From an uncultured Litoreibacter sp. (GTDB taxonomy: Bacteria; Pseudomonadota; Alphaproteobacteria; Rhodobacterales; Rhodobacteraceae): 64,000 bases of DNA. A program made the translations under genes and the position numbers. A model generated the notes under the pieces. It was not told where the DNA came from and did not search any database. It saw nothing but the letters and a program-made list of their open reading frames with translations. How positions within the stretch are numbered: the first letter of the stretch is position 1; every line of letters begins with the position of its first letter. Positions 6,688 to 16,199 of the stretch are shown here, one piece after another. The stretch is from positions 871 to 64,870 of the forward strand of contig CANMWQ010000008.1 of NCBI GenBank assembly GCA_947501685.1. The letters are read 5' to 3'.

Positions 6688-9162
6688 CTAGCCGCCGCCC
6701 ATGACCCTTGGCAGCCAGAGCACCAGTTGCGGGAAGGCCAGCAGCAGGATGAGGCCTGTGAGCTGCACCAGCATGAATTGCATCATACCCAGATAGATGT
6801 CCTTGAGGTCCCAGTTTGGCACCACCCCTTTCAGGAAATAGGCCGACAGCGCCACCGGCGGGCTGAGCCACGCGGTTTGCAGGTTCACCGCCACCAATAT
6901 GCCGAACCAGACCATCAGGTCATAGGAGCTGAGCCCGTGGATTTCGAGCGACTGCACCGTGGGCAACAGGATCGGCACCACGATGAGCACGATCGGCACC
7001 CACTCCAGCGGCCAGCCCAGCAGGAAGATCAGCGCCATGACCACGAGCAGCACCAAGAAAGGTGCCATGTCGAGGCCCAGCAGGATTTCGGTCATCATGC
7101 GGGGTGTGCCGAGTGCCGAGAACTGTGCTCCGAAGAAGTTGGAGGCGGCGACGAGGAACATGATCAGCACGGTGATTTCCAGCGCCTTGATCAGGCTGTC
7201 GAAGAACCCCGGGAAAGTGAACTTGCGATAGCCGATGGACAGCAGGATCGCACCGAACGCCCCCATGGCTGCGGCCTCGGCGGGGGTTGCGAAGCCCAGC
7301 AGGATCGAGCCCAGCGCGAAGGAGATCAGGATGGTGGGGGGCATCAGGCCTGCGAAGAACTCGTTCCACAGATCGGAGAAGTAGAAGCCGCCGCCGTCTT
7401 GTGTGGTGTCGGCCTCCTTGCTGTAGATCGGCCGCCCGAGGAAGGCCAAGAGCAGGATGAAGGCGCTGAAGACCACGCCCCAGATCGAGATGCCGCCTGC
7501 GACCAGCGACAAATAGAGGTGCAAGAGCACCGCGATGGGCACCATGATGCGCAGCACTGTGAGGTTGCGGAAGGCGGCATAGGCGAGGCCCATGGCCACG
7601 AGCAGCCCAAACAGCCCGCCAAACGGGACGACCCCGCCCAGCGCGCCGCCCATGCCCAGCCCGAAGACGCGGCAGACGGTGAGCACGCCCAGACAGATCA
7701 GCGCGACCTCTGCGCCGTAGAAGCGCGAGGTTTCGGGCTGGTCTTCCTCTGACAGGATCGGCCCGAGGCTGGGGTTCAACCAGCAGCGGCCCAGCGTGTA
7801 GATCAGGTAGAGCGAGGCCAGCAGCGCGCCGGGGATGAAGGCGCCTCGGAAGAGATCGAGCGTGGAGACCTCAAGCACCGGACCCATGACGATCAACATG
7901 ATCGAGGGCGGGATGAGAATGCCCAGCGTGCCGCCTGCGGTAATCGTGCCTGCGGCGAGTTTGACGTCATAGCCAGACCGGCTCATCGTGGCCCCGGCCA
8001 TGATCCCCAGAAGCGTCACCGACGCCCCCACGATGCCTGTGGCCGCCGCGAAGATGGTGGACACGATCAGCACGGCGATGAACAGCGCGCCGCGCACGCG
8101 GGCCATGATCATCTGGATGGAGGCAAAGAGGCGTTCCATCAGCCCTGCACTTTCCATCACGATGCCCATGAGCACGAAGAGCGGCACCGCCATCAGCTGG
8201 TCGTTCAGCATGGTGGAGTTGGTGTTGAGCGTCATCAAGAGCGTGGTCAGCTTGAAGTTGGACCCCCAGATGCCGAAGACGAAGGCCAAGAAGATCAGCG
8301 TGAAAGAGATCGGGAAGCCGATGAAGATCACAAAGAGCATCGCGCCCAGCATGATCAACCCGATGGTGGGCTTGTCCAGATTTGGCCGCGCGCTCATGAT
8401 TTCGGTGAACCATGCGCCGCCCGGAATGATGTCGGGCAGGAAGATCGCCAGCGACAACCAGAGGATGAAGACCGCATAGATCGGCAGGAAGCGGACGAAC
8501 CACTTCTCGCGCTCTTTGCCCATTTTGTGGAAGGCGCGGAAGATCTCCGGCAGGCCCTGAATAAGCAGCAGGAAACCACCGATCGGCATGGCCAGACGCG
8601 CGGGCCACAGGATCGGCTGCCACGCACTGTCGAGCGCCAGCCGCTCGCCGGTTTCGTAAGAGAGCAGCCAATATTGCGACGCCACAACGGTGAAGAAGAT
8701 CATCGAAGGGATGAAGAACATCAGATAGGCGACCGCGTCCACGGTGGCCTGGGTCTTGTCGGACCAGAAACGGTAGATGAAATCGGCGCGGATATGCACC
8801 CCGCGCATCAGCCCGTAGCCAGCACCGGCCATCCAGAGGACGCCTGCAATCATCCGGCTGAGGTCATAGGCCTGCAAGGTGGGGCCAAGCCCCCAGGAGC
8901 GGGCGAGTTCCTCGTAGCCTGCGTTTTGCATGATGGCAAAGGAGTTACGGGAGAAGACCTCCCAGACCACGATGGCAATCAGGGGAACCATCAGCAGCGC
9001 GATGATCTGACCGGCGCGGTAGTTGATCACGTCGATCACCGCAGTGATCGGGCGCTGCCACGACGTCATATCCTCAGGTGTTTCACCGGGAGCTTCGGCA
9101 CGACGCTCCGCAATCAGCTCGTCGGCAATCTCCAGATCTGCTGGATTTGGTTCATCTGCCAT
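6688..9162 (-). CDS. TRAP transporter fused small/large permease (DctQ-DctM), possibly IseLM
   Basis: 824 aa; N-terminal DctQ-like HIRADF region; DctM motifs AGGTLGILIPPS, TPAEAAAMG, NLQTAWLSPP. Confidence 0.9.
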   Translation of the reverse strand: MADEPNPADLEIADELIAERRAEAPGETPEDMTSWQRPITAVIDVINYRAGQIIALLMVPLIAIVVWEVFSRNSFAIMQNAGYEELARSWGLGPTLQAYDLSRMIAGVLWMAGAGYGLMRGVHIRADFIYRFWSDKTQATVDAVAYLMFFIPSMIFFTVVASQYWLLSYETGERLALDSAWQPILWPARLAMPIGGFLLLIQGLPEIFRAFHKMGKEREKWFVRFLPIYAVFILWLSLAIFLPDIIPGGAWFTEIMSARPNLDKPTIGLIMLGAMLFVIFIGFPISFTLIFLAFVFGIWGSNFKLTTLLMTLNTNSTMLNDQLMAVPLFVLMGIVMESAGLMERLFASIQMIMARVRGALFIAVLIVSTIFAAATGIVGASVTLLGIMAGATMSRSGYDVKLAAGTITAGGTLGILIPPSIMLIVMGPVLEVSTLDLFRGAFIPGALLASLYLIYTLGRCWLNPSLGPILSEEDQPETSRFYGAEVALICLGVLTVCRVFGLGMGGALGGVVPFGGLFGLLVAMGLAYAAFRNLTVLRIMVPIAVLLHLYLSLVAGGISIWGVVFSAFILLLAFLGRPIYSKEADTTQDGGGFYFSDLWNEFFAGLMPPTILISFALGSILLGFATPAEAAAMGAFGAILLSIGYRKFTFPGFFDSLIKALEITVLIMFLVAASNFFGAQFSALGTPRMMTEILLGLDMAPFLVLLVVMALIFLLGWPLEWVPIVLIVVPILLPTVQSLEIHGLSSYDLMVWFGILVAVNLQTAWLSPPVALSAYFLKGVVPNWDLKDIYLGMMQFMLVQLTGLILLLAFPQLVLWLPRVMGGG

Positions 9163-9250
9163 ATGGTGGTCCCTCCCCTAGGCCACAGACTTTTATCTGC
9201 GTTCTTGTATTCAAAACGCCCCCCTCCCGAGGCGCTTTGAGCGCAAGAAC

Positions 9251-9275
9251 GAAGGGGCCCGCAGGGGGCCCCTCC
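9251..9275 (-). terminator. Hairpin between TRAP binding-protein and permease genes
   Basis: GGGGCCC-(CCTGC)-GGGCCCC stem right after the SBP stop; weak U-tract. Confidence 0.45.
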
Positions 9276-9286
9276 GAAAGATCGAC

Positions 9287-10381
9287 TTACTTCAATGTGT
9301 CGGCGAATGCGCGACCCAGATTTGCGTTCGATGTCTGAGCGCCGGACCAGAATGGAACAGCGATCTCAGCGAATGCGCGCTGGGAGGCCCAGACTTCCGC
9401 GAAGAACTCGTTCTCGTCTGCAGCAGCCTGAAGGGCTTTTGCAGCAGCGGCGGAGTACTCGGTGAAGTAGTCAGCAGGCGTGTCCTCAAGGATAACACCG
9501 TGGTTGTCGGTCAGATCCTTCAGAGCCTTACCGTTTTCATAGATACGGTAGGAGAGCGACTTGGACAGCGACGCGTTTGCGGCCACTTCCAGTGCTTTCT
9601 TCTCTGTGTCGGATAGACCGTTGTAGAAGTCGCCATTCACATACATATCCGCGTTCACGGTGACCTGGTGCAGGCCTTGCAGATAGTAGTGCTTCAGCAC
9701 TTTCTGAAAGCCGAACACGGAGTCAGGCTTCGGGCAGCACCATTCAGCCGCGTCGATTGTGCCTTTTTCCAGAGCGGGCAGGATGTCGCCGCCGCCCATG
9801 GCAACCGCTGGAACGCCGATGTCAGCGTAAGCCGCGCCAACCATGCCTGGAGGGGCCCGGAAACGCATCTGACGGAAGTCATCCATGGACGTGATCGGCT
9901 CTGGGAACCAACCCAAGGCCTCTGGGCCAACAGGCTGCAGCATGAAGCCTTTGACGTTCACGCCCATCTCATCCCACAGACGGTCATACAGCTCTTTGCC
10001 CCCGCCATACTGGAACCAGCTCAGGAACGCGATGTTGTCGAGACCAACGCCAGCGCCCGCAACAGGAGCGCCAAAGAGGTTCGCCGCGACGTGCTTGCCG
10101 CCCCAGTAGTGAGTCCACGCAAAGCCGCCTTCAACGAGGCCCGCGTCAACCGCGTCCATGATGTCGCGTGGGCCAACAACGGCACCCGCTGGCAGAACTT
10201 CGACGGTCAGCGACCCGCCTGTCAGCGCAGCAACGTCATCGCCGAACGCGTTCAGCATGAACACTTCGTCAGCTGTGTTTGGCAGCACGGATTGAATGCG
10301 CAGCACTTTTTCCGCCATGGCACTCGACGCCATCAGTGTAAGGCCAACCGCCGTTGCAGTTAGAGTTTTGAAGTTAATCAT
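9287..10381 (-). CDS. TRAP substrate-binding protein (DctP family), possibly IseK
   Basis: Signal peptide from MINFKTLTAT..; RFRAPPG and ALEKGTIDAAEW motifs; GGAGG RBS before ATG 10381. Confidence 0.9.
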   Translation of the reverse strand: MINFKTLTATAVGLTLMASSAMAEKVLRIQSVLPNTADEVFMLNAFGDDVAALTGGSLTVEVLPAGAVVGPRDIMDAVDAGLVEGGFAWTHYWGGKHVAANLFGAPVAGAGVGLDNIAFLSWFQYGGGKELYDRLWDEMGVNVKGFMLQPVGPEALGWFPEPITSMDDFRQMRFRAPPGMVGAAYADIGVPAVAMGGGDILPALEKGTIDAAEWCCPKPDSVFGFQKVLKHYYLQGLHQVTVNADMYVNGDFYNGLSDTEKKALEVAANASLSKSLSYRIYENGKALKDLTDNHGVILEDTPADYFTEYSAAAAKALQAAADENEFFAEVWASQRAFAEIAVPFWSGAQTSNANLGRAFADTLK

Positions 10382-10511
10382 TAGGTCCTCCCTTAAGGTC
10401 CAAAGCCTTCTCGTTAAGAAATGAGCCGGGTGATGAAGGCGGTATCGCCCGGCTTTCTCGAAAGGCCAGCGGCAGAGTCGCCGCAGGCACAAGTCGTCTT
10501 GGTCTCCCGTG

Positions 10512-11180
10512 CTAGTGCCCCTTGCTGAGGTCCCAGCCCTCGATCAGTCCCAGATAAGGCCCGATCCCGAGATTGATGTCAAAGACTCCGCGGTAAAACA
10601 TTTCACATGCCACATAAACGAGCACGAAAAGCCCCACCCACGAAATCCACGGATATTTGGTCAACAGCTTCATGATCATTGTGGCCGCGAAGGCCATCAT
10701 CAGAATAGCAAGCCCAAGCCCCACCACCAGCTTGGTCGTGTCGCCATCCGCAATCGCCGCCACCGCCAGCACGTTATCAAGCGACATCGACACATCGGCA
10801 ATGGTGATCGACAACAGCGCCGAGGCCAGCGTGCGGCGCGGCGGGCCGGTATAACCCTCCTCCGGGTTCTCCGCCATTTCCATCGCCAGTTCGGCGTCAT
10901 GGTCGGTGCCTTGGCGGATCTCGACAAAAAGCCTCCAGCAGACCCAAAAGAGCAGCAGCGAGCCCACAAACAAGATGCCCGGAATGCCCAACAGCTTGGT
11001 CGCGACCACCGCGAACACGATGCGCAGCAGCGCCGCGATCACCATGCCGTAGAGAATGGCCTTCTTGCGCAGCTCAGGCGCCAGCCCCGCCGCCGCCATC
11101 CCGATGATCAGCGCATTGTCCCCCGACAAGATCAGGTCCGCGATGATAATTTTGCCGTAATCGGCGACTTGGTCGATCAT
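10512..11180 (-). CDS. TerC/YjbE family membrane protein, possibly IseT
   Basis: DLILSGDNALII and ADVSMSLDNVLAVAAIA motifs. Confidence 0.9.
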   Translation of the reverse strand: MIDQVADYGKIIIADLILSGDNALIIGMAAAGLAPELRKKAILYGMVIAALLRIVFAVVATKLLGIPGILFVGSLLLFWVCWRLFVEIRQGTDHDAELAMEMAENPEEGYTGPPRRTLASALLSITIADVSMSLDNVLAVAAIADGDTTKLVVGLGLAILMMAFAATMIMKLLTKYPWISWVGLFVLVYVACEMFYRGVFDINLGIGPYLGLIEGWDLSKGH

Positions 11181-11181
11181 A

Positions 11182-12813
11182 TCAGGCCATTTCTTTCACT
11201 GCTGCGGAGGCACCGGTCTTGGCGTCCTCCAGAATTAAGTCAGACGCCTTCTCACCGATCATCATGCAAGGCGCGTTGGTGTTTCCCGACACGATGATCG
11301 GCATGATCGACGCATCCGCCACCCGCAGCCCCTCGATGCCGTTCACCTTCAGGCGCGGATCGACCACCGACATGGCGTCGACGCCCATTTTGCAGGTGCC
11401 CGTGGGGTGATAGATCGTGGTGGAGGTGTTGCGGGCCCAGTCCAAGAGCGCGTCATAGTCGTCGCTGACCGCCGGCCCCGGCGCGTGCTCCTCGGTGATG
11501 TGGCTTTTGATCGGGTCATGGCCGCAGATTTTGCGGGTGATCCGGATGCCCTCGACGATGGTGTCGCAATCGGTCTTGGTGGCCAGATAATTGGGATGAA
11601 TTTTCGGGTAGTCCCGCATGTTGGCGGAGGCCAGCTCCAGATGGCCAGCGCTTTCAGGGCGCAGTTGCAGCACGGAGGCGGTGAAGGCCGAAAACTTATG
11701 CGGGCCCGCGTCAACCCGGTCGGCGGACCAGGGCTGGATGTGGAACTGAATGTCGGGGACCGACAGGTCCTCGCGGGTTTTCAGAAACCCGGTGCCGAGG
11801 CTCGCGGCCATAGCCATCGGCCCACCGCGGGTAAAAGCGTATTCCATGCCGATCAGCGCCTGTTTGAACAGGTTGGAGACCTCGGTGTTGATCGTGGGCA
11901 GCGAAGTTTTATAGACCGGCCGGGCTTGCAGATGGTCTTGCAGGTTCTTGCCCACGCCCTTGATCTCATGCACCACCTCGATGCCGTGCTCTTTCAGCTC
12001 ATCGGCCGCGCCCAGACCAGAAACCATCATGATCTGCGGGGAGGCCAGCGCACCGGCGGACAGGATCACCTCGCGCCGCGCCGTCATGGTGACGGGCTGG
12101 CCGTTGTGATTGGCAATCAGCCCGGTGCAGCGCTTGCCCTCAAATGTCAGCTTCTCGACGGCGCAATGGGTCAGCACGGTCAGGTTTGGGCGCGACTTGG
12201 CCGGGTTCAGATAGGCCACCGCCGAGGAACAGCGCCGCCCCTTGCGGGTGGTCAGCTGGAACAGCGCCACACCCTCTTGGTCGGCACCGTTGTAATCTTC
12301 CGCGCGCTTATAGCCCGCATTGACGGCAGAGGTGATCCAGTCATCCACACATTGCCGCGTCACGGTGGTGTCGGACACAGATAACGGCCCCTCGCCGCCA
12401 CGATACTCATCCGCGCGGCTGCCATTCTCGAAAGTCTCGGAGCGCTTGAAGAGCGGCTTGACGTCCTCCCAGCTCCAGCCGGTATTGCCCAGCTGCCGCC
12501 AGCCGTCATAATCCTCCGCCTGCCCCCGCACATAGAGCAGCCCGTTGATGGAGGACGACCCGCCCAGCACCTTGCCGCGCGGCCATTTCAGGGAGCGGCC
12601 GTTGAGACCCGGATCGGGCTCGGTTTTATAGCCCCAATCGGTCTTGGGATTGCCCATGGTTTTGAAGTAGCCAACGGGGATATGGATCCACGGATAAGTG
12701 TCCTTGCCCCCGGCCTCGAGAATTGCAACTTTATACGTCCCATCCGCCGAAAGGCGATTGGCGAGGACGCATCCAGCGGAACCTGCTCCAACGATGATGA
12801 AGTCGAATTCCAC
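11182..12813 (-). CDS. GMC family flavin oxidoreductase, probable isethionate dehydrogenase IseJ (from context)
   Basis: GAGSAG FAD motif, RGKVLGGSSSING, TIYHPTGTCKMG, SGNTNAP; neighbours IclR/TerC/TRAP. Confidence 0.85.
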   Translation of the reverse strand: MEFDFIIVGAGSAGCVLANRLSADGTYKVAILEAGGKDTYPWIHIPVGYFKTMGNPKTDWGYKTEPDPGLNGRSLKWPRGKVLGGSSSINGLLYVRGQAEDYDGWRQLGNTGWSWEDVKPLFKRSETFENGSRADEYRGGEGPLSVSDTTVTRQCVDDWITSAVNAGYKRAEDYNGADQEGVALFQLTTRKGRRCSSAVAYLNPAKSRPNLTVLTHCAVEKLTFEGKRCTGLIANHNGQPVTMTARREVILSAGALASPQIMMVSGLGAADELKEHGIEVVHEIKGVGKNLQDHLQARPVYKTSLPTINTEVSNLFKQALIGMEYAFTRGGPMAMAASLGTGFLKTREDLSVPDIQFHIQPWSADRVDAGPHKFSAFTASVLQLRPESAGHLELASANMRDYPKIHPNYLATKTDCDTIVEGIRITRKICGHDPIKSHITEEHAPGPAVSDDYDALLDWARNTSTTIYHPTGTCKMGVDAMSVVDPRLKVNGIEGLRVADASIMPIIVSGNTNAPCMMIGEKASDLILEDAKTGASAAVKEMA

Positions 12814-12842
12814 TCACTTCCTCCCAAAAGCGCAGAATACCA

Positions 12843-12868
12843 AAAATTGGGACTTGAAGTCCCGTTTT
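12843..12868. promoter_or_regulatory. Candidate IclR operator in divergent promoter
   Basis: Perfect GGGACTT-G-AAGTCCC (12849-12863) with A/T flanks between GMC and IclR genes. Confidence 0.55.
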
Positions 12869-12936
12869 TAGAGTGCATCATAGTCCCCGGAGTCGCACAA
12901 GATCTATTTTTCTTGTTTTTCGGTGAGGAGGACCCA

Positions 12937-13701
12937 GTGGACGCGAAAAGCCGTATCCCGACCAACCTGCGCACGCTGCTTATTCTGGAAGCCGTGGGCC
13001 GCCAAACCGAACCGATGGGCCCCGCCGAAATTGGCCGCTTCATCGGATTGCCCAAACAGACCACGCACCGGCTGTGCAACACGTTGCTGGAGGAAGGCTT
13101 CCTGATGCGCGACGAGCGTGGCAGGGGCCTGCGTCCGGGGCGGCGCGCGCGGATGATGGGGGCGGGCATGGTGCACAGCTCATCGAGCTACATGGCGCGC
13201 CATCAAGTGCTGCGCGACCTTGCCGCGCAAATCGGTGAGACGGTGAACTACGCGGTGCCCGAAGATCGCGGCATGGCCTATCAGGACCGCGTGGAGACCG
13301 ACTGGCCCTTCCGCATCCAGCTGCCCATCGGAACGAACGTGCCGTTTCACTGCACTGCCTCGGGCAAGGTCTACCTCTCCTCGCTGCCCAAAGGCGAGCG
13401 CCGCCGCTTGGTCAACGTGATGCATCTGGAGCGGCACACGGCGCGCACGATCACGTCCCCCGACGCGCTGCTGGCCGAGTTGCAGGAAATCTCGCGCCGG
13501 GGCTATGCGCTGGACAATGCGGAGTATTTCGACACGATGATCGCGGCCTCCGTGCCGGTGTTTGACCCCGCAGGCCGCTACTGCGCCTCCGTCGCCTTCC
13601 ACGCGCCCGAGCAGCGCGTCACGCTGGAGATTGCCCGCAGCAAGGTCGAGATGCTGCAAAAGACCTCGCGCCTGCTGACGGAGACGATTTTCAGCACGTA
13701 A
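12937..13701 (+). CDS. IclR family transcriptional regulator, possibly IseR
   Basis: HTH (IGLPKQTTHRLCNTL) and HCTASGK effector motif; GTG start after GGAGG. Confidence 0.9.
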   Translation: MDAKSRIPTNLRTLLILEAVGRQTEPMGPAEIGRFIGLPKQTTHRLCNTLLEEGFLMRDERGRGLRPGRRARMMGAGMVHSSSSYMARHQVLRDLAAQIGETVNYAVPEDRGMAYQDRVETDWPFRIQLPIGTNVPFHCTASGKVYLSSLPKGERRRLVNVMHLERHTARTITSPDALLAELQEISRRGYALDNAEYFDTMIAASVPVFDPAGRYCASVAFHAPEQRVTLEIARSKVEMLQKTSRLLTETIFST

Positions 13702-13716
13702 GCGATGGGATCACCC

Positions 13717-13879
13717 CAGCCGGGCAACATCTGACCGTGGGCTGGTGACCCAACGCCCCTTTGACGGCGCTTGATGCCAGCCAGGCACATTCCACAGAAT
13801 TTCCGCGTGGCACAGCACCCAAAACACCAGCCCGCCGGACGATCAGGTGTTGCCCGGCGCCTTCGGCTTGATACCGGGC
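13717..13879. repeat. Hairpin-rich repeat element, copy 2 (related to 5835-6083)
   Basis: Same three conserved blocks as copy 1; between convergent IclR and znuA stops. Confidence 0.6.
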
Positions 13880-14905
13880 CTAGCTGGCGGGCGTCAGGCA
13901 AGTCTCGAACGCGCTGGCCATGTCGGTGATGACGGCGGCGTAAAGCTCTGGACCGGGCGTGTGACGCGCGCCGAGCGGGTCCAGTTCGACCACCTGCACA
14001 GCACCACCATCGGTGATGGCCGTCAGGCCCTTGGCGCTATATTGCGGCTCGGTGAAGACGCAGGCCACGGCCCCGCTCTGGATCAGCTCCTGCGCGCGGC
14101 GCATGTCAGAGGCGCTGGGCGCCGCCCCCTCATTGGAGGCCAGCGAGCCGTTGGAGACAAGCCCGAAGCGTTCGGAAAAATAGCTGTAGGCGTCGTGATA
14201 GGACAAAAAGCCCGCGCCTTTGAGCGCGGCCAGCTTCTGCTCCGTTTCGGCCCCGAGGGCCGTCAACAGCTCCGCCTGCGCGGCGGCGGCATCGCGGTAG
14301 CTTTGTGCGTTGTCTGGGTCGAGCGCGGCCAGCTCCTCGGCGATGACGGTGAGCCAAGCAACGGCGTTACGCGGGTCGAGCCAGGCATGCGGGTCCAGCC
14401 CGTCATGGTCATGGTCGTCGTGTTCTGCGTGGCCTGCATGGTCGTCGTGGTCTTTGTGCTCGGCATGGTCGTCGTGATCGGCATGGTCGTCGTGATCCGC
14501 GTGATCGTCGTGCCCCTCTTCTGCATGGTCGTCATGCGCGTCTTCCGCAAAGCTGCGCTGGACGGGTGCGTGGTCCAGCAGGTCGACCACTTTGGCATTG
14601 GGGGAGAGCGTGGCGATGCGGTCGGGGAGCCACGGGGTGAGCTCTGAGCCGATGATGAAGACGATGTCGGAGTGCTGCAACGTGGCCGCGTCGGAGGGGC
14701 GCAGGTTGCTTTGATGTGGCGATTGCGTGGCCGGGATCAACAGATCGGGTGCCCCTACCCCGCCCATCACCTGCGCCACCAGCGCATGCACCGGCGCGAT
14801 ATCAGCCGCCACATTGGGCGCATCCGCGTGGGCGGAAAACGGCAGCAAGGACAGGGCGGCGGCGAGGGTAAGGCGGCTCATAAGGGAGGTCTCATTTTTC
14901 ATCAT
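13880..14905 (-). CDS. znuA: Zinc ABC transporter substrate-binding protein
   Basis: SPHQ, long His/Asp-rich loop, DPHAWL, HDAYSYF. Confidence 0.92.
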   Translation of the reverse strand: MMKNETSLMSRLTLAAALSLLPFSAHADAPNVAADIAPVHALVAQVMGGVGAPDLLIPATQSPHQSNLRPSDAATLQHSDIVFIIGSELTPWLPDRIATLSPNAKVVDLLDHAPVQRSFAEDAHDDHAEEGHDDHADHDDHADHDDHAEHKDHDDHAGHAEHDDHDHDGLDPHAWLDPRNAVAWLTVIAEELAALDPDNAQSYRDAAAAQAELLTALGAETEQKLAALKGAGFLSYHDAYSYFSERFGLVSNGSLASNEGAAPSASDMRRAQELIQSGAVACVFTEPQYSAKGLTAITDGGAVQVVELDPLGARHTPGPELYAAVITDMASAFETCLTPAS

Positions 14906-14930
14906 ACGGGATTCGTGTTGCGGGCAGTGA

Positions 14931-14952
14931 GTATGTTACGTTATAACATATC
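14931..14952. promoter_or_regulatory. Zur box
   Basis: GTATGTTACGTTATAACATATC palindrome between divergent znuA and zur. Confidence 0.85.
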
Positions 14953-14973
14953 AATCCAGAGTGAAAAGGCCCG

Positions 14974-15456
14974 ATGTCTAGCTTCTCCAAGTCCAGCTTC
15001 TCCAAACATGACCACAGCGCCTGCGTGACGGACGGCCTGCGCGCCGCCGAGGCGCATTGCGCGGCGTCGAAATTGCACTTCACCCCGGTGCGCCGCCGGG
15101 CATTGGAAATCCTGCTGCGCGAACATAAAGCCATGGGGGCCTATGACATGCTGGCGCGGCTGGCGCAGGACGGGCTGGGCTCTGCGCCGCCGGTGGCCTA
15201 CCGGGCGCTGGATTTTCTGGTCAGCCACGGCTTTGCCCATAAGATCGAAAAGCTGAACGCCTATATCGCCTGCGCCCATCCCGGCCAGGCGCATGACCCC
15301 GCCTTCATGATCTGCCGCAGCTGCGACGCGGTGGCCGAGGCCTCAACCAACCCGCAGGCAGGCCAGCTGGGCCGCGCGGCCCAAGAAGCAGGCTTCAAGA
15401 TCGAGCATGCCGTGATCGAGGCCGAGGGCATCTGCCCCGCCTGCGACCCGTCATGA
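14974..15456 (+). CDS. zur: Zinc uptake regulator (Fur family)
   Basis: FTPVRRRALE, PPVAYRALDFL, CxxC pairs. Confidence 0.92.
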   Translation: MSSFSKSSFSKHDHSACVTDGLRAAEAHCAASKLHFTPVRRRALEILLREHKAMGAYDMLARLAQDGLGSAPPVAYRALDFLVSHGFAHKIEKLNAYIACAHPGQAHDPAFMICRSCDAVAEASTNPQAGQLGRAAQEAGFKIEHAVIEAEGICPACDPS

Positions 15457-16199
15457 GCGCGCCGCTGATACAGGCCAAGGGCGTCAGCGTGGCGATGAAC
15501 GGTCATCTGGCGCTGCAACATGTCGACATGGAGGTCCGCCCCGGCGAGATTATCACGGTGGTGGGGCCGAACGGATCGGGCAAGACCACGCTGCTGCGCG
15601 CGCTGATCGGCGCGGTGCCGTTGAAACAGGGGCAGGTTACCCGCGCGGAGGGGCTGCGCGTGGGCTATGTGCCGCAAGCGCTGAGCATCGACCCGACCCT
15701 GCCTTTGACCGTGACGCGCTTCCTGTCGCTGCCCGTGCGCCGTGATGCCGCTGCGCGTGCGCAGGCGCTGACCCAAGCAGGGGCCGCAGGGCTGGAACAG
15801 CGGCAAATGTCTGAGCTATCAGGCGGACAGTTTCAGCGCGTTTTGCTGGCGCGTGCCTTGTTGGAGGACCCGCAATTGCTGGTGCTGGACGAGCCGACGA
15901 CGGGTCTGGACCAACCGGGCTCTGCCGGGTTTTACCGCCAGATCGAGGCCTTGCGGGCCCAGACCGGCTGCGCCGTGCTGATGGTCAGCCACGAGCTGCA
16001 TGTGGTGATGAGCGCGTCGGACCGCGTGATTTGCCTCAACGGCCATGTGTGTTGCCACGGCGCGCCTGACGTGGTGGCTTCCGCGCCGGAATACCGCGCC
16101 TTGTTCGGGTCGGGGACCGGCGGGGCACTGGCGCTTTACCGCCATGACCACGACCACCATCACCACCATGATCATGACCACGAGCATGATCATGCTTGA
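15453..16199 (+). CDS. znuC: Zinc ABC transporter ATPase
   Basis: GPNGSGKTT, LSGGQ, LDEP, CLNGHVCCHG; His-rich tail. Confidence 0.92.
   Translation: MSAPLIQAKGVSVAMNGHLALQHVDMEVRPGEIITVVGPNGSGKTTLLRALIGAVPLKQGQVTRAEGLRVGYVPQALSIDPTLPLTVTRFLSLPVRRDAAARAQALTQAGAAGLEQRQMSELSGGQFQRVLLARALLEDPQLLVLDEPTTGLDQPGSAGFYRQIEALRAQTGCAVLMVSHELHVVMSASDRVICLNGHVCCHGAPDVVASAPEYRALFGSGTGGALALYRHDHDHHHHHDHDHEHDHA

Noticed and set aside
14400-14540. 18-bp tandem repeats as a non-coding repeat locus
   Set aside because: They encode the His/Asp-rich loop typical of ZnuA.
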